The notes beneath the pieces are model-generated. The model did not search any database. It had not been told where the DNA came from and saw only the letters and a program-made list of their open reading frames with translations. A stretch of 64,000 nt of DNA, from positions 622-64,621 of IMG/VR virus record IMGVR_UViG_2886218242_000014; one strand, 5' to 3'. This document shows positions 45,755 to 57,055 of the stretch, one piece after another. The stretch is from a virus. Its lineage: Duplodnaviria; Caudoviricetes. The number at the start of each line of letters is the position of its first letter. Within the stretch, counting starts at the first letter, position 1. The position numbers and the translations under genes were made by a program.

Positions 45755-46708
45755 ATGTTTTTCACCATAGGAGCTGCGCTCGCCTCGGGAGCGGCTATAG
45801 CGTATGCTATGTACGATTTACACTTTGAGTACGGCTTGCCTTATAAGATTAACTTGGAGGTGAATCCACGAGACGACTGGCAAGTCCCTATAGGGGTTAA
45901 CGAACAGAGGGAGCAAATCCTATTAGACTTCGCCAAGACTCCCCATGTTTCCCTAGGAGGCGGAACTCGTTACGGTAAATCTAATCTCCTCAATAGCATA
46001 ATCGTTAGTCTCCTCACGAGTAAGCCTAGAGATGTTAAATTCACTTTAGTTGACCTCAAAGGAGGAATCGAGTTAGGAGGATACGAAACTGTTAAGCAAG
46101 TCACAGGAGTTGCCTACGAGCCAGATGAAGCATTACAGATGCTATCTCGTGTGTACGACATGATGAAGGCTACACAAGTAGAACTCCGTAGATCCAAACG
46201 TAGGAAGGTAACTGACAAGAAACACTTTATCATCATAGACGAGGCAGGAGAGTTGAATCCTAACGAGGCAATAGATAGGGAAGAGAAGCTCATGAAGGTA
46301 GCCTGTCAGAAGTACATGAGTCAGATAGCTCGCCTAGGAGCAGGCCTCGGATTCCATCTCATACTAGCCACCCAGTATCCCACCGGAGACGTGCTACCTC
46401 GGCAGTGCAAACAGAATAGTGATGCCGTGATATCCTTCCGTGTACGCTCGGCAGTAGCCTCCAAAGTAATACTTGACTCAGGAGGAGCTGAGGAGCTGCC
46501 AGATATCAAAGGGAGGGCGATCTTTATCCAAGGAGCCAACACCCATCTGGTGCAAACTTACAGGGTAAACGAGCAGCAAATCAGGCATACTATAAAGAAT
46601 AACAAGAGGAAGGTGAGACACCATGTCCAACTCCCCGAAGTTAAAACCGCTGAGCCAGCGCCAAGAGAGGATACTTTTATCATTGAGGAGACTCGGTTTT
46701 CTGACTAG
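45755..46708 (+). CDS. FtsK/SpoIIIE-family ATPase
   Basis: GGTRYGKS Walker A, VDLKGG, IIIDEAGE, ILATQYP. Confidence 0.92.
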   Translation: MFFTIGAALASGAAIAYAMYDLHFEYGLPYKINLEVNPRDDWQVPIGVNEQREQILLDFAKTPHVSLGGGTRYGKSNLLNSIIVSLLTSKPRDVKFTLVDLKGGIELGGYETVKQVTGVAYEPDEALQMLSRVYDMMKATQVELRRSKRRKVTDKKHFIIIDEAGELNPNEAIDREEKLMKVACQKYMSQIARLGAGLGFHLILATQYPTGDVLPRQCKQNSDAVISFRVRSAVASKVILDSGGAEELPDIKGRAIFIQGANTHLVQTYRVNEQQIRHTIKNNKRKVRHHVQLPEVKTAEPAPREDTFIIEETRFSD

Positions 46709-47240
46709 GAGCCAACTCCAGAGAATCCACCAGTTAGGAAAGACAAGGAACACCAATAGGATACTCAACGAGATAGACGACTATGTGATTCACTACCGAG
46801 AAGGATACGATACAGTGTACTACCTGAGTAAACTCGGCAGGGAATACGTCCAAGCAAAGAGACAACTCAGGAAGAATCAATTTGTCGGACACATACTTAT
46901 GAGAAACGAATGGTTTATCTATGCAGGTATGCCATCTCACTGGAAAAATGAGGTCAAAATAGGTGATGCTACCGAGACAAGAATCTGCGATACACTCTAT
47001 GAGGAAAATGGCTTTCTGAAAATCCTCGAGGTTGACAGACTTCAGAAGATGAGCGAGAATAGAGTCAAAGCTCAATCATACTATGGTATGTACAAAAGAG
47101 GTGCAGCTACGAGGAAACTTGGGTATTTTCCTACGGTAGTCTGGCTCACCTGTACTGAGCTGAGAAGGAAACAGTTAAAGGGTATATGTAACGAGTTAGG
47201 ATTACCCTCCGAGGTTTATACTTTGGAGGACATACAGTGA
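46623..47240 (+). CDS. Replication-relaxation (relaxase-like) protein
   Basis: LRRLGFLTRSQLQRIH; HILMRNE; ILEVDRLQ; usual partner of phage FtsK in Bacillus phages. Confidence 0.8.
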   Translation: MSNSPKLKPLSQRQERILLSLRRLGFLTRSQLQRIHQLGKTRNTNRILNEIDDYVIHYREGYDTVYYLSKLGREYVQAKRQLRKNQFVGHILMRNEWFIYAGMPSHWKNEVKIGDATETRICDTLYEENGFLKILEVDRLQKMSENRVKAQSYYGMYKRGAATRKLGYFPTVVWLTCTELRRKQLKGICNELGLPSEVYTLEDIQ

Positions 47241-47286
47241 TATGGGAAGATATTGCTGAGGTGCGATTATTTAGGAGGAGATAATT

Positions 47287-47529
47287 ATGAGTTACAAAGA
47301 AGACAAAGAAAGAAACCCAACTAAAATTGTTAAATCTGTGGCGTTTCAACTGGCAGACCCTACAGAATACAAACTATATCATCACGCAATAAACCAAGGG
47401 GTTTACTTCTCGGCATACATGAAGAGATTAATCCAACGAGATCTTATCGAGAGAAAAGAAAGGGACACTCTTAGCGTAGAAGACCTCAAGAAATGGAAGA
47501 ACTCCGCTAAAGATAAAAAGAAAAAGTGA
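47287..47529 (+). CDS. RHH-like regulator, paralog 1
   Basis: VKSVAF...YFSAYMKRLIQRD. Confidence 0.65.
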   Translation: MSYKEDKERNPTKIVKSVAFQLADPTEYKLYHHAINQGVYFSAYMKRLIQRDLIERKERDTLSVEDLKKWKNSAKDKKKK

Positions 47530-47634
47530 GCTTGCCTACTCAGGTAAGTTCTTTTTTTATTTTCGAAAAGGTATTGCCTTCTCGGTATGACCATGGTATG
47601 ATTCAATTAAGATAAAACAAAGGGGGACGAGATA

Positions 47635-47865
47635 ATGAGCAGTTTAGTTGCTAAAAGGTTAATGGAAATGGAGTCAGCTTTAAAGGATGCAGGTGTTAGC
47701 TTCTTCTCAGAAGGCAACGTGGTTCACACAATGGCTAACAATATGAATATCGAAATCGTTTGTGAGATTGGTCGCTACATCGTAACTATGTGGGATGGCG
47801 AAAATGAATCACATCCTGAACGCTACCGTGCTGCTAAAACAATCATGAGGGAGGTGATTCTCTAA
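47635..47865 (+). CDS. Hypothetical early protein
   Basis: Downstream of a family promoter (47574-47602). Confidence 0.6.
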   Translation: MSSLVAKRLMEMESALKDAGVSFFSEGNVVHTMANNMNIEIVCEIGRYIVTMWDGENESHPERYRAAKTIMREVIL

Positions 47866-48677
47866 TGAGTAAAATCAATGTAGATGAAATCCAAATGGGA
47901 GATATCGTGGAGATGCTTTATGATAACACTAAGTGGTTGTGCTATGTAACTGATATTGATAAAGCAAAAGGTAGAGTATATGGAATCTGGTCGGATAATT
48001 TCAAAGAAGACTGGGATTATGTATCAAAACTAACAGGTCACTGGAAAGTAATTAACTTTGAGGAGGAATCTAAAGTGGACGAGTTAAAGGTTTATACTGG
48101 CAAGGAGACTATTGAGGCGTTACTGGAGGGGAAGGTGCTAGAAGTAAACGGAGCATGGTACAGATTGAAGGGAAATTTAGAGGTTAACATTAACAATGGA
48201 GAAGGATGGAAAACCTCTACAGCACCGTTCAAGAATATTACTGGAGGTAACCTCACCGAGGTTCGCCCTCGAGTAGGCGACTGGGTGAGGTTTAAATTCA
48301 AAGGTGGAACCCACACAGCTAAAATTCAGAAGATAGACAGCGAAGGATACTGGGGAGAATGGAATCAACCTACATCAGACATCGCAACTCCAATTTACCC
48401 TTATGAGTACGTAACTTTTGAGATCCTATCCCCCGAGGAAGTCTCCGAGTACAAACGCGAGCAGGCATTTGCCAAGGTAGGCAGGAAGCTGAATGAGTTC
48501 CGCTCGGGAGACATCGTTTATGTAGAATCCACGGGAGAAACTGCAATAGCTATCTCTAAGCAGAACGACATAGATATATTACTACATGTCTTTAATCAAA
48601 CAGGTAAAGGCTATACAGCTAAACCTCACCAGCTTACACCTATTTGTTTCGCAGAGAATCAAGTGGACTTGTCGTAG
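47865..48677 (+). CDS. Hypothetical protein with SH3/Tudor-like beta repeats
   Basis: Three GD(I/W)V motifs. Confidence 0.6.
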   Translation: MSKINVDEIQMGDIVEMLYDNTKWLCYVTDIDKAKGRVYGIWSDNFKEDWDYVSKLTGHWKVINFEEESKVDELKVYTGKETIEALLEGKVLEVNGAWYRLKGNLEVNINNGEGWKTSTAPFKNITGGNLTEVRPRVGDWVRFKFKGGTHTAKIQKIDSEGYWGEWNQPTSDIATPIYPYEYVTFEILSPEEVSEYKREQAFAKVGRKLNEFRSGDIVYVESTGETAIAISKQNDIDILLHVFNQTGKGYTAKPHQLTPICFAENQVDLS

Positions 48678-50371
48678 ATATAGATATTACCTGAGTCATA
48701 TCCAAGGAGGAGAAACTATGTATTCAAGTAAGGTCAAGGAGTACGCCTATCAGATAAAATCTCGTAATCTATCCCTAGAGGGAGCGCTCGCTAGTCTGCT
48801 AGTGGGCCGTCTCTCTAATCAGTTCAACCGCAAGCCTAAGCACGTAGCACAGGACTTGAGAGTGCAATTTGTGAGCATAGGAGGACGAGATTAATGAGTA
48901 AAGTATATGTTTCCTTGGAGTCAGCTATCTCTGTAATACAAGCCTACGGAGGTCAATTTTCCCAGGAGTTAGCTATGGAGATGTTGATCGAGGACGAAGC
49001 TGACATGATAGTTGTAGTTAACGAGAAGGCTCACAAAGTAAACTCGGGAGGTAAGCACGATGAGTGAACAGATGTCAATATTTGAGTTGGAACCCTACGA
49101 GGAAAACTGGGGAGTAGTAAACGCTTCTGTAAGGGAGCTGGAGAGAAAAGGATTTGAAGCTATCCTACCTCTAGGTGTGGACAAACAATGTAGGTCTGGC
49201 TATCGAGCTATCTTTGAAGGTAAAGGCTGTATAGTGAATATTGACTCGGAAGGACACATCATGTTCAAGCACGATGACTCACGATTTTATGACTATGGAG
49301 GTAGCGTCTAATGAACAAAGACACCTTATTAGGACGTGCTCTTGCTCTTCTAGAATGTTCATCTAAGGAGTTGTCTATTGAGGGTTATGTTAATCTCCCG
49401 AACCGCATAGATGAACTCACAAAGGAGATACACAAGTATTACGCTGAGGAGGCAAAGTCTAATGGCTAGAGGAAGCTTAAAAGTTGGTGCCTGTGTTGGG
49501 TATTTGTTTGCAGTAGGATACCTGTTGAGTTGGCTGATTGTGAGCACAAACTAAGGAGAACAAATTATGAATGTACGAATTTTCTTTAAGAGTGGTGGCT
49601 ATACAGAGGTGAGAATTAACACTTGGAATGAACTGTATTGTTACGGTGAAGACATTAAAACTGTGGAGGTGCTGTAATGAGACATACACGTAACCGACAA
49701 TTAGCAAAAGCACATAAAGATCCTATATGGATGTGGACTAGTGAACCTACTGACAGAATCGATAAACAACGGCACTGGATGACTATGGGTTTACAACCTA
49801 AGTTAGACAAGACCTTCAAGTGGCACCACGATTTTGTTTGGGAGATAGAAAAGTACTGGGAGAGTTATATCACGTTAGGTACGTACGGACAGGATGACTT
49901 CAAGATAATCCCAATCAAGTAGGAGGAGGTCTCATGAGATCAATCAATAAAGTAGCCCGTAGGTTAGCACTTAAACAGTTAGCTGGCAAGGATATCCGTT
50001 CAAAGATTTCTAGCGAGGCACGTCACAATGGTTGGTCTGAAGGCAAACTCAAGAGGTTAATCACTATTCACTATCAAATGGAGGAGGGTAAACGATGAGT
50101 ATAGTCGTAAAGGATCTAGGAAAGATAGGTGGTAATCTCACGGTTACTACTAGTGACCTATCTTGTTATACTACTTATGAGTTAACAGCAGAGCTAGAGC
50201 GTAGAAAGGAGACTAAGAAGAAAGATTTTATTGAGTTGGTTCGAGAGTTATTCGAGTTAGGTTACGATTATGAAACTATCAAAGATATCATGGATGAAGC
50301 GTGACTTTCTCAACAGCACCTCCTCAGGTAATTCTTGACTCATCGGTATGACTGTGGTAATATAACTATAT

Positions 50372-50593
50372 ATGCAAAACCCTGAGGAGGCTACACTTAT
50401 GAGAAAACTGATTGGACAATTCTTGGTAGCATGGCTGATAATGATCTTAGCATTCATCACAGGTGCTATCATGCTTTTCTTTGTTGAACTAATTGGAGGC
50501 GTTATGTACCTATTCCCGTTGATGCTATTCAGTTTGTTCGTACTCAGGGAAGTCAAAAGCTATTCAGAGAAATCTAGGAGAGGAGACCGCTAA
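50372..50593 (+). CDS. Small membrane protein
   Basis: Two TM helices; downstream of a family promoter (50335-50363). Confidence 0.55.
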   Translation: MQNPEEATLMRKLIGQFLVAWLIMILAFITGAIMLFFVELIGGVMYLFPLMLFSLFVLREVKSYSEKSRRGDR

Positions 50594-50746
50594 CGAGCAG
50601 TCTCTATTTTTTTTTTTTGCAAACTTTTTAGAATAAATTGTTGACGAATAGAATATGACTGTAGTATGATGAATTCAAGGAAGCAAAGCAACCAAAACTA
50701 ATCAAGACTGACCACAATCAGTCATAACCCTGAGGAGGAAATTATT

Positions 50747-50932
50747 ATGAAGAAGGTAAAATCAGTAGCATTTAACGTGGCGGACAACATGGAGTATGAA
50801 ATGTTTCACTATGCAATGAAGCAGCAATACTTTTCAACTTACGTGAAGAGATTAATCCAACGAGATATGGAAGATGGTAAGCGTGTATTCATGGAGATGG
50901 ACAAACAAACTCGTGAGGCTTACGCTAACTAA
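50747..50932 (+). CDS. RHH-like regulator, paralog 2
   Basis: VKSVAF...YFSTYVKRLIQRD; own promoter at 50641-50670. Confidence 0.7.
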   Translation: MKKVKSVAFNVADNMEYEMFHYAMKQQYFSTYVKRLIQRDMEDGKRVFMEMDKQTREAYAN

Positions 50933-51365
50933 TGAACACTGTCTCTGTAGTAACTAGGGAGGTGAGCAATTGAAATGTAACCGTGGCAGTACAAATAGAA
51001 TAAACACTACGAGTCCTGCCTCTGGGTAGGGCTCTTTAATTTTGTCTTTTAGTCATACTCAGGTATGATTTGTAATACACTAAAGTATAACCCCTGAGGA
51101 GGAGATACTAATGAGAGAGACTTGTGCTTACTGTTACTGTCAGCTGTCTGCGTGGTTATACTGGAGAAAGAATGGTACAGTATACTGCTCTGAGAGTTGT
51201 GCTGATAGAGATACCGAGAAAGACAAATAAGACTAATGAGTCCTACCTCTGGTGGGGCTTTTTCATTTGTAACAAAGATTTAATATAAGCTAAAAGGTTG
51301 CCAAAATAGACATGAACCCTTGGTGTGACTGAGTTTGTGCCGTCTCTATAAGTATGTCACACCCT

Positions 51366-51393
51366 GTCACACTGCAAGTACTATATCTGTGAA
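51366..51393 (+). promoter_or_regulatory. Late-type promoter motif
   Basis: GTCACA CTGCAA GTACTATATC TG TGAA. Confidence 0.7.
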
Positions 51394-51561
51394 TGCTTCT
51401 TTTACTCTAGAGAATAACTCTTAAGACTTACCTATCTCGGTAACGAGAGAGAAATTACTTAAGAGAATCCATCTCATATAGTCCTTTTGATTCAAGAACT
51501 TAAAACAAAAGGACTCCTAGAGATGGAACTAATTAGTATATCTAAGGAGGTTTACTTATAG

Positions 51562-52002
51562 ATGTCCCTCTTAAAGATTCACCTCGATAGACAATCCCCT
51601 AAAGATAAGCCTAAGAAGAAAACCTACAAGAACGGCTTAAGATTCTACAGTGAGAAGGAAGACAGAATGTTTAGAAGTACTTGGGAGGTGGAGCTAGCAG
51701 AGTTACTCACCTCACTAGGCATAACCTACGAGTACGAACCCCAACGTTTTTACTACAGAGACCACAAAGAATCTTATTTACCCGACTACTATCTCCCCGA
51801 GTACGACACCTTCATAGAAGTAAAAGGCTACATGGACAAACGATCCCTCAAGAGATGTAACCTATTCCGCAAATACCAAGGGAGCCAGTATGGTTTCTTC
51901 CTCTACATGAAAGAAGAGAGAGACATCATACTAGGTAACCCTGAGATGATTTACACCTACCTAGGCATAGCTCAGGAGGAACTAAGGAGGAGACAAAGAT
52001 GA
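51562..52002 (+). CDS. Endonuclease, T7 endo I/resolvase-like PD-(D/E)XK fold
   Basis: FRSTWE; YEYEP; YLPDYYL; FIEVKG. Confidence 0.8.
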   Translation: MSLLKIHLDRQSPKDKPKKKTYKNGLRFYSEKEDRMFRSTWEVELAELLTSLGITYEYEPQRFYYRDHKESYLPDYYLPEYDTFIEVKGYMDKRSLKRCNLFRKYQGSQYGFFLYMKEERDIILGNPEMIYTYLGIAQEELRRRQR

Positions 52003-52074
52003 GTATTAGAGATGATAAGCAATGTAAGACGTGTATATTCTACGGTCTATGCGAGAAGGCAAATTTAGAATACT

Positions 52075-52326
52075 GTGGAGGAGAAGATTACTATAAAGAC
52101 AAGGAGGTGGAGACTAATGATTAAATGCGAGCATTGTAATACCCCAGTAGGCCGCCTACAAGAGTCACCCGAGTTGCATGTCATTGGAGAGATAGCTATC
52201 TCAGTTATCTGCCATAAGTGCAAGGAGTGGACTACAGAGAAACTCTACGAGTACGACAAGTACCGAATCACTGATAGAGTAACCGACAAGGGTAACACGA
52301 CAGAGATCTGGAGGAGGAGAGGCTAA
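52075..52326 (+). CDS. Zinc-ribbon (Mu Com-like) protein, likely start ATG 52117
   Basis: CEHC...CHKC. Confidence 0.6.
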   Translation: MEEKITIKTRRWRLMIKCEHCNTPVGRLQESPELHVIGEIAISVICHKCKEWTTEKLYEYDKYRITDRVTDKGNTTEIWRRRG

Positions 52327-52683
52327 TGGATGATTTAAAGTGGTTATTTAGGTTTGCTATTGTAGGTATGATATTGGTTTACGCACTCATAGGAGCTGGA
52401 TTGATTGCTGGAATAGTTGGCCTACTGTGGTGGCTACTATGAGACCTGACCTATATGTGTACATCAAGTGGATACTCTGGAGAGATAACATAATAGACAA
52501 ACTAAGGAGGCGGTCTCATGGTTCATCTAAGAGTTAGAGATTTCTACAGGAGGAGCGAGTACGAGGGGATATTACAATATCTACTAGGCATGTTTATGTG
52601 TACCTTTGTGCTGCTCCCTATAGCGTTCTTTATAAAATTGGTAGACAAGATACTATGAGGATATATATCTGGATAAACCTATT

Positions 52684-53400
52684 ATGCTTAAAGGATTGGA
52701 TTCTATGGAAGCTAAGGAGGAAGATACGATGAGTGGTTACGATGGAGGTAGACTAGGTCACAAGACAGACGCTGAGAAGAGACTAATCAGTAAGCTACGA
52801 AAGGATGCTAAGACTACTGTAGCAGAGATCAACAACATGAAGTATGACAAGCCTCGGAAGGACAAGATAACACCACACATAAAGAATGAACTCAAGAAGG
52901 TAACGATCATCTGTGGAGCAGTAAGCTCGGCTAACGGGAAGATATGTAGTAACCCTCCAGTAGAGGGAGCTGCTAGGTGTGCTGCTCATGGAGGATACTC
53001 GACAGGGCCGGTCTCTGAGGAAGGCAAGAAGAATGCACTGTCTAACTTGCACCCTCAAGCAGCACTAGTCCACGGACTTAACTCTAGGTTTGTTATGACT
53101 GTAGAGGAGGAAGCCTTGTACACTGGCCTCATGAACATAGGTATAGAGAAGTACAACCTCGATGAGTTTAACACCATCATCCTACACCGTGGCCTCATGA
53201 ACCTAATCCTCAATGAACGCAAGGAGATAGCTAAGGCTGGTGAGATCATCGACGAGAGCAACAGCTATAACGATTACGACTCCAAGTTCCTCAAGTACAT
53301 GCAAGCACTCGGTCTCGATAGAAAGTTCAATGAGAGTACGAACAACAAGAACAACGACAAGGGTGTCAACTTCAACGTCTTGTTTGATGGTATGAGCTGA
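52684..53400 (+). CDS. HGGxSTG-domain putative terminase small subunit
   Basis: ICGA..CSN..RCAAHGGYSTG; no other TerS candidate near terL. Confidence 0.7.
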   Translation: MLKGLDSMEAKEEDTMSGYDGGRLGHKTDAEKRLISKLRKDAKTTVAEINNMKYDKPRKDKITPHIKNELKKVTIICGAVSSANGKICSNPPVEGAARCAAHGGYSTGPVSEEGKKNALSNLHPQAALVHGLNSRFVMTVEEEALYTGLMNIGIEKYNLDEFNTIILHRGLMNLILNERKEIAKAGEIIDESNSYNDYDSKFLKYMQALGLDRKFNESTNNKNNDKGVNFNVLFDGMS

Positions 53401-53560
53401 TGTGGGTAGCTCTCAAGCTGGCATTCATAGCTCTACCTATCGGACACTTGTGTCTGCTTCTTGGGTGGTATCTAAAAAAAAGTTTTGACAAAAGTGTTGA
53501 CCTCCTCGGTATGACCATGGTATGATTACCTCAACAAAGAAATCCTGAGGAGGAAACACA

Positions 53561-53968
53561 ATGGCTACTAAGTTAGAAATGACACTTGCTATCAACGAGT
53601 ATATAAAAGATGAGTTAACAGAAGACAACTGGAGAGGCACATGGAATCTATTCTGGAGAACGATTGACTGTGGCCTAGACAGAGCGCGCAACCTGGTAGA
53701 AACATTCCTTAATGAAGACTTCGAGAAGATCGCTAAGCGTATGAAGGTTACCGAGTTAGAAGCTATCCTGTCAGCGCTAGCAAGCAAGTATAACACTGAG
53801 GAGACAGAAACTACAGATAAAGTAACTGTAGAGGAAGATACTAAGAGTGTTGTTTATGGTGAGTACATTCCTCCTTGTGATGGTTGCGGAGAGTACGTTT
53901 ATCCTGCAGTATATCGGACTCAGAGCGGATGCTGTGATGTGTGTTGCAAAAGAATATTCGATGAGTAG
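53561..53968 (+). CDS. Hypothetical protein with C-terminal Cys cluster
   Basis: Family promoter at 53497-53526, GAGGAGG RBS. Confidence 0.6.
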   Translation: MATKLEMTLAINEYIKDELTEDNWRGTWNLFWRTIDCGLDRARNLVETFLNEDFEKIAKRMKVTELEAILSALASKYNTEETETTDKVTVEEDTKSVVYGEYIPPCDGCGEYVYPAVYRTQSGCCDVCCKRIFDE

Positions 53969-54221
53969 TTGACACCTCGGTATGACTGAGGCATGATAAA
54001 TGTAACAAAGAAACACACAAACCCTGAGGAGGAAAACAAATGAGTATCGTATTATCAATGGTGGCAGTAGCAGGAGTGATTGGGATTATGGTGAGTATGG
54101 CAACGGAGATCGCAAAGGTAGACGAGAAGGATACACTAGACAAAGCTGTAGTAGAGAGAGCTGCTAAGTTAAATGCTGTGCTATCTCAGTTAGATGAGTT
54201 AGACAGAAAGGCAGGTAACTA

Positions 54222-54581
54222 ATGATGAGTAACTTCAAATTCCTAATCAGCCTACTCCTTATCTTAGCTTTCGGTGCATCATCAGCATACATCACAACAG
54301 CAGAGTACATGGAGCAACCAACCCTGAGAGACAAGCTGAGTCAGCCTACTCCAATGGTATCAAGCATGGAGGTAATCGGCTACCATGATGGTGTCTACGT
54401 GTTGGCCAATGTGAATGGTGATGAGCAGGACATAGGGAACTACGCTCTCGAGGGTACTTACAAGCTTGGCGATGTAGTGACCATATTGTGGGCTACGGAG
54501 GATAGCACAGAGATCGCAGGAGAGACACTGGTAGGCACGGCTGACGAGCTTGACCTACCTCATGGGAGGGATAGCAAGTGA
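54222..54581 (+). CDS. Secreted/membrane hypothetical protein
   Basis: N-terminal signal-like hydrophobic segment. Confidence 0.55.
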   Translation: MMSNFKFLISLLLILAFGASSAYITTAEYMEQPTLRDKLSQPTPMVSSMEVIGYHDGVYVLANVNGDEQDIGNYALEGTYKLGDVVTILWATEDSTEIAGETLVGTADELDLPHGRDSK

Positions 54582-55095
54582 TTAGAGATTGGGGAGACTT
54601 CTTTATAGTCCTGCTAATAGCTGGCTCTCTAGTGTTCTCATGCCTCCTTGTGTGGGCTGTCATTGAGCAGCACAAGGAGTGTGACTCGAGAGGTGGCAAG
54701 ATGGTCGGTACTGGAGAGTACACTACCACAGTTGTCAACACAGGTAATGGAGTGCTTGTGCCTGTCCAGTCCGAGAATATAGAGTGCACTAAGTGAGTCC
54801 TGCTGAGGCAGGGCTTCTTTGTGTTGTCACACTTGTAACAAACGAGGAGGTAAATGTAAGGTATACTTGACAGGTTGTTACGTTTAGGTTAAGTCGTGCT
54901 TGACAAGGTGGACAAATCGTGGTAGATGTGGTATAATTATCTTAGTTGGTAAGGCTTGAGGTATACTCGTCGATTGCTCGACGTAGAATAACCTTGAGTG
55001 TTACCTATTTGTCGTTCTCATTAGGTGCTTCACTTGACCTTAATCATTAGACCTTGAATCAATTAGTCAAATTAGGAGCTAGCTAATCAGTTGAT

Positions 55096-55318
55096 CTGAG
55101 ATGGTAAAGTCCGTCGGGTAACCGACAGTATACTCCGTGAAATCTTACAAGACGAAAGCTGAGATGGATAACTGAGAAGGCTGGCTCATAGGTAGGTGAC
55201 CTGAGAGGTGGAAGCTGAGAAGGTAGACTTCAGGAGAAGGCTGAAAAGGTGCTGTCTCAAGGGGTTTCTGAGGAGGTAGGCTGATGGGTAGACACGAGGG
55301 AGAAGAACTCTGAGATGG
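55096..55318 (+). repeat. Array of about 9 CTGAGA(A/T)GG-like motifs in a non-coding region
   Basis: Copies at 55096, 55159, 55172, 55201, 55215, 55241, 55268, 55281 and 55310. Confidence 0.75.
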
Positions 55319-56322
55319 ATTACTAGGGGGCTTACCCCCACCTCGGCGTGCTCACTTGGTTTCCACCCAATATCCGAACTGTGAATCTAACGAGGCAGCC
55401 GACTGTGTAACCCCTGAGGTTACTTCCTATAACCTTAATTATGTCAACTAGAGATCGCCTCCTCAGTAGCCCTCGATCCCTTGTGGCTCTAAGGCTCATG
55501 CCCCGTGAGTCAGACTCATGCATAACTACCACTCATCAGCACCATGCATAGAGACCGCATGAGTATGCAACTCATTAGCGAAACTACAGGGTTCTTCCTC
55601 CGGAGTATGCACTATCCTATGCACTGCCACGAAAGTACACCACTACCATGATCCACCCTCCGAAAGTACCCACCCTGAAAGTAAAGCACCTCCGAAAGTG
55701 AAAGAGGAGAGCCACCTCAGTAGCCCTCCTCCATCATACGTCCTATTAGGTTAGTCATCCACACTGTGCCTATCAGCCCTGCCTCTGTGAGTGCCATGCA
55801 CTGTACTGTGAGGTAGCCTGTGTAGGTGCACCACATCACCACCCACATTAGTACTATGCCTATCAGTGTTACTGTCGTTCTCACTATCATCAGCCTCCTT
55901 GTGCTTGCTTGTGAGTCCATCATACCATGGTCATACCGAAGAGTCTACACTTTTGTGTGCGAGGCCTTGTGAGGAGATCTGAGCAGTCTCAGTGCTATCC
56001 AGTCGGTTGGCTAGTGAGGCAGCCGTCTCCAGAGTACCACCTCAATGGTACCCCCATCACATTACGACTGTGGGGGTGTATGCCCGTGTCGATACTAAAT
56101 ATTTATAGACGAGATAGAACACTTTAGAAAATTTAACACCTCCCCAGACACACCCCCAGATTTTTTCTAAAAAGTTTCCTCTATATAGCAAATTCTACAT
56201 AGCATCTATCTCCCAGTCCTACTACCCATGAGCACGCCTACCAAGTTTTCTACCTCCATAGTATCTATAATTTCACATACCAGACTATATAGACAAAAAA
56301 AAAGAAGCAACCTCCCTAGGGG

Positions 56323-56589
56323 TTACTCCACGTAGCCATCGTATATAGTTATCGAATAGTTGTTTTCTCCGCCAAAGATAATCTCTTCTTTCTCATAAGC
56401 TTGTAACTCAACGATTAATTTCCCTAGATCATCTGTCTCGGTGAACCATCTACTTTCATTATGTGAGTCTTTATCGAATACCCTAGTAGAATATTTAACT
56501 TCCTCTAGAGGTAGCATCTTTGTAGGTGGAACTTTAGAGGATTCTCCATACATTCTACTAGCTCTTAGTATCTCTACTTTGTACTTCAT
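56323..56589 (-). CDS. Hypothetical protein
   Basis: GGGAGG RBS, minus-strand terminator downstream. Confidence 0.65.
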   Translation of the reverse strand: MKYKVEILRASRMYGESSKVPPTKMLPLEEVKYSTRVFDKDSHNESRWFTETDDLGKLIVELQAYEKEEIIFGGENNYSITIYDGYVE

Positions 56590-56723
56590 TAGTATTCCTC
56601 CCCAGTATGGTAATTGAAATTTTCACTTCCTAGGTTTACTCCACATGAACACATAGCTTCCTATTAGAACAACCGCCATTGCTATCGAGCCAGCTACCCA
56701 CTTATTCATCAGTATTTCTTCCA

Positions 56724-56966
56724 TTAGACTACCTCCCAAGTTCCGTCCCCATAGTATTCAACCTTCACATAGTCAGCTACCCATCTAGGATTGATCCCGT
56801 GAGTACGACCATCCAGCACATTCTTAGCGTAAACCAATTTAGCTCTCTGAATGATAGCCATCTCTACAGAGCCAGCGTTCATTCCTACACAGATGAAATC
56901 TACTCCGTTAACTCTAAACTTGATACCCCTCTTAGGTTTTTCTTTCCTATTAAATAGTCCAAACAT
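56724..56966 (-). CDS. Hypothetical protein
   Basis: Downstream of a minus-strand family promoter (56993-57021). Confidence 0.6.
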   Translation of the reverse strand: MFGLFNRKEKPKRGIKFRVNGVDFICVGMNAGSVEMAIIQRAKLVYAKNVLDGRTHGINPRWVADYVKVEYYGDGTWEVV

Positions 56967-57055
56967 GTTAGACCACCCTTTCGTTATCTATTATATTACC
57001 TCAGTCATATTCTTATGTCAATCCCTTACAAATAAAATATATAGGAGGCAGCAAA

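Noticed and set aside
55100-55170. GGTAAAGTCC and GACGAAAGCTGA resembling RNase P or group II intron fragments
   Set aside because: Matches are short and the other conserved elements are missing; better explained by the local repeat array.
55332-56127. ORF-track calls at 55332-55532, 55717-55923 and 55927-56127
   Set aside because: Low-complexity or atypical composition and no clear RBS; the 55923 start overlaps a promoter -10 box.
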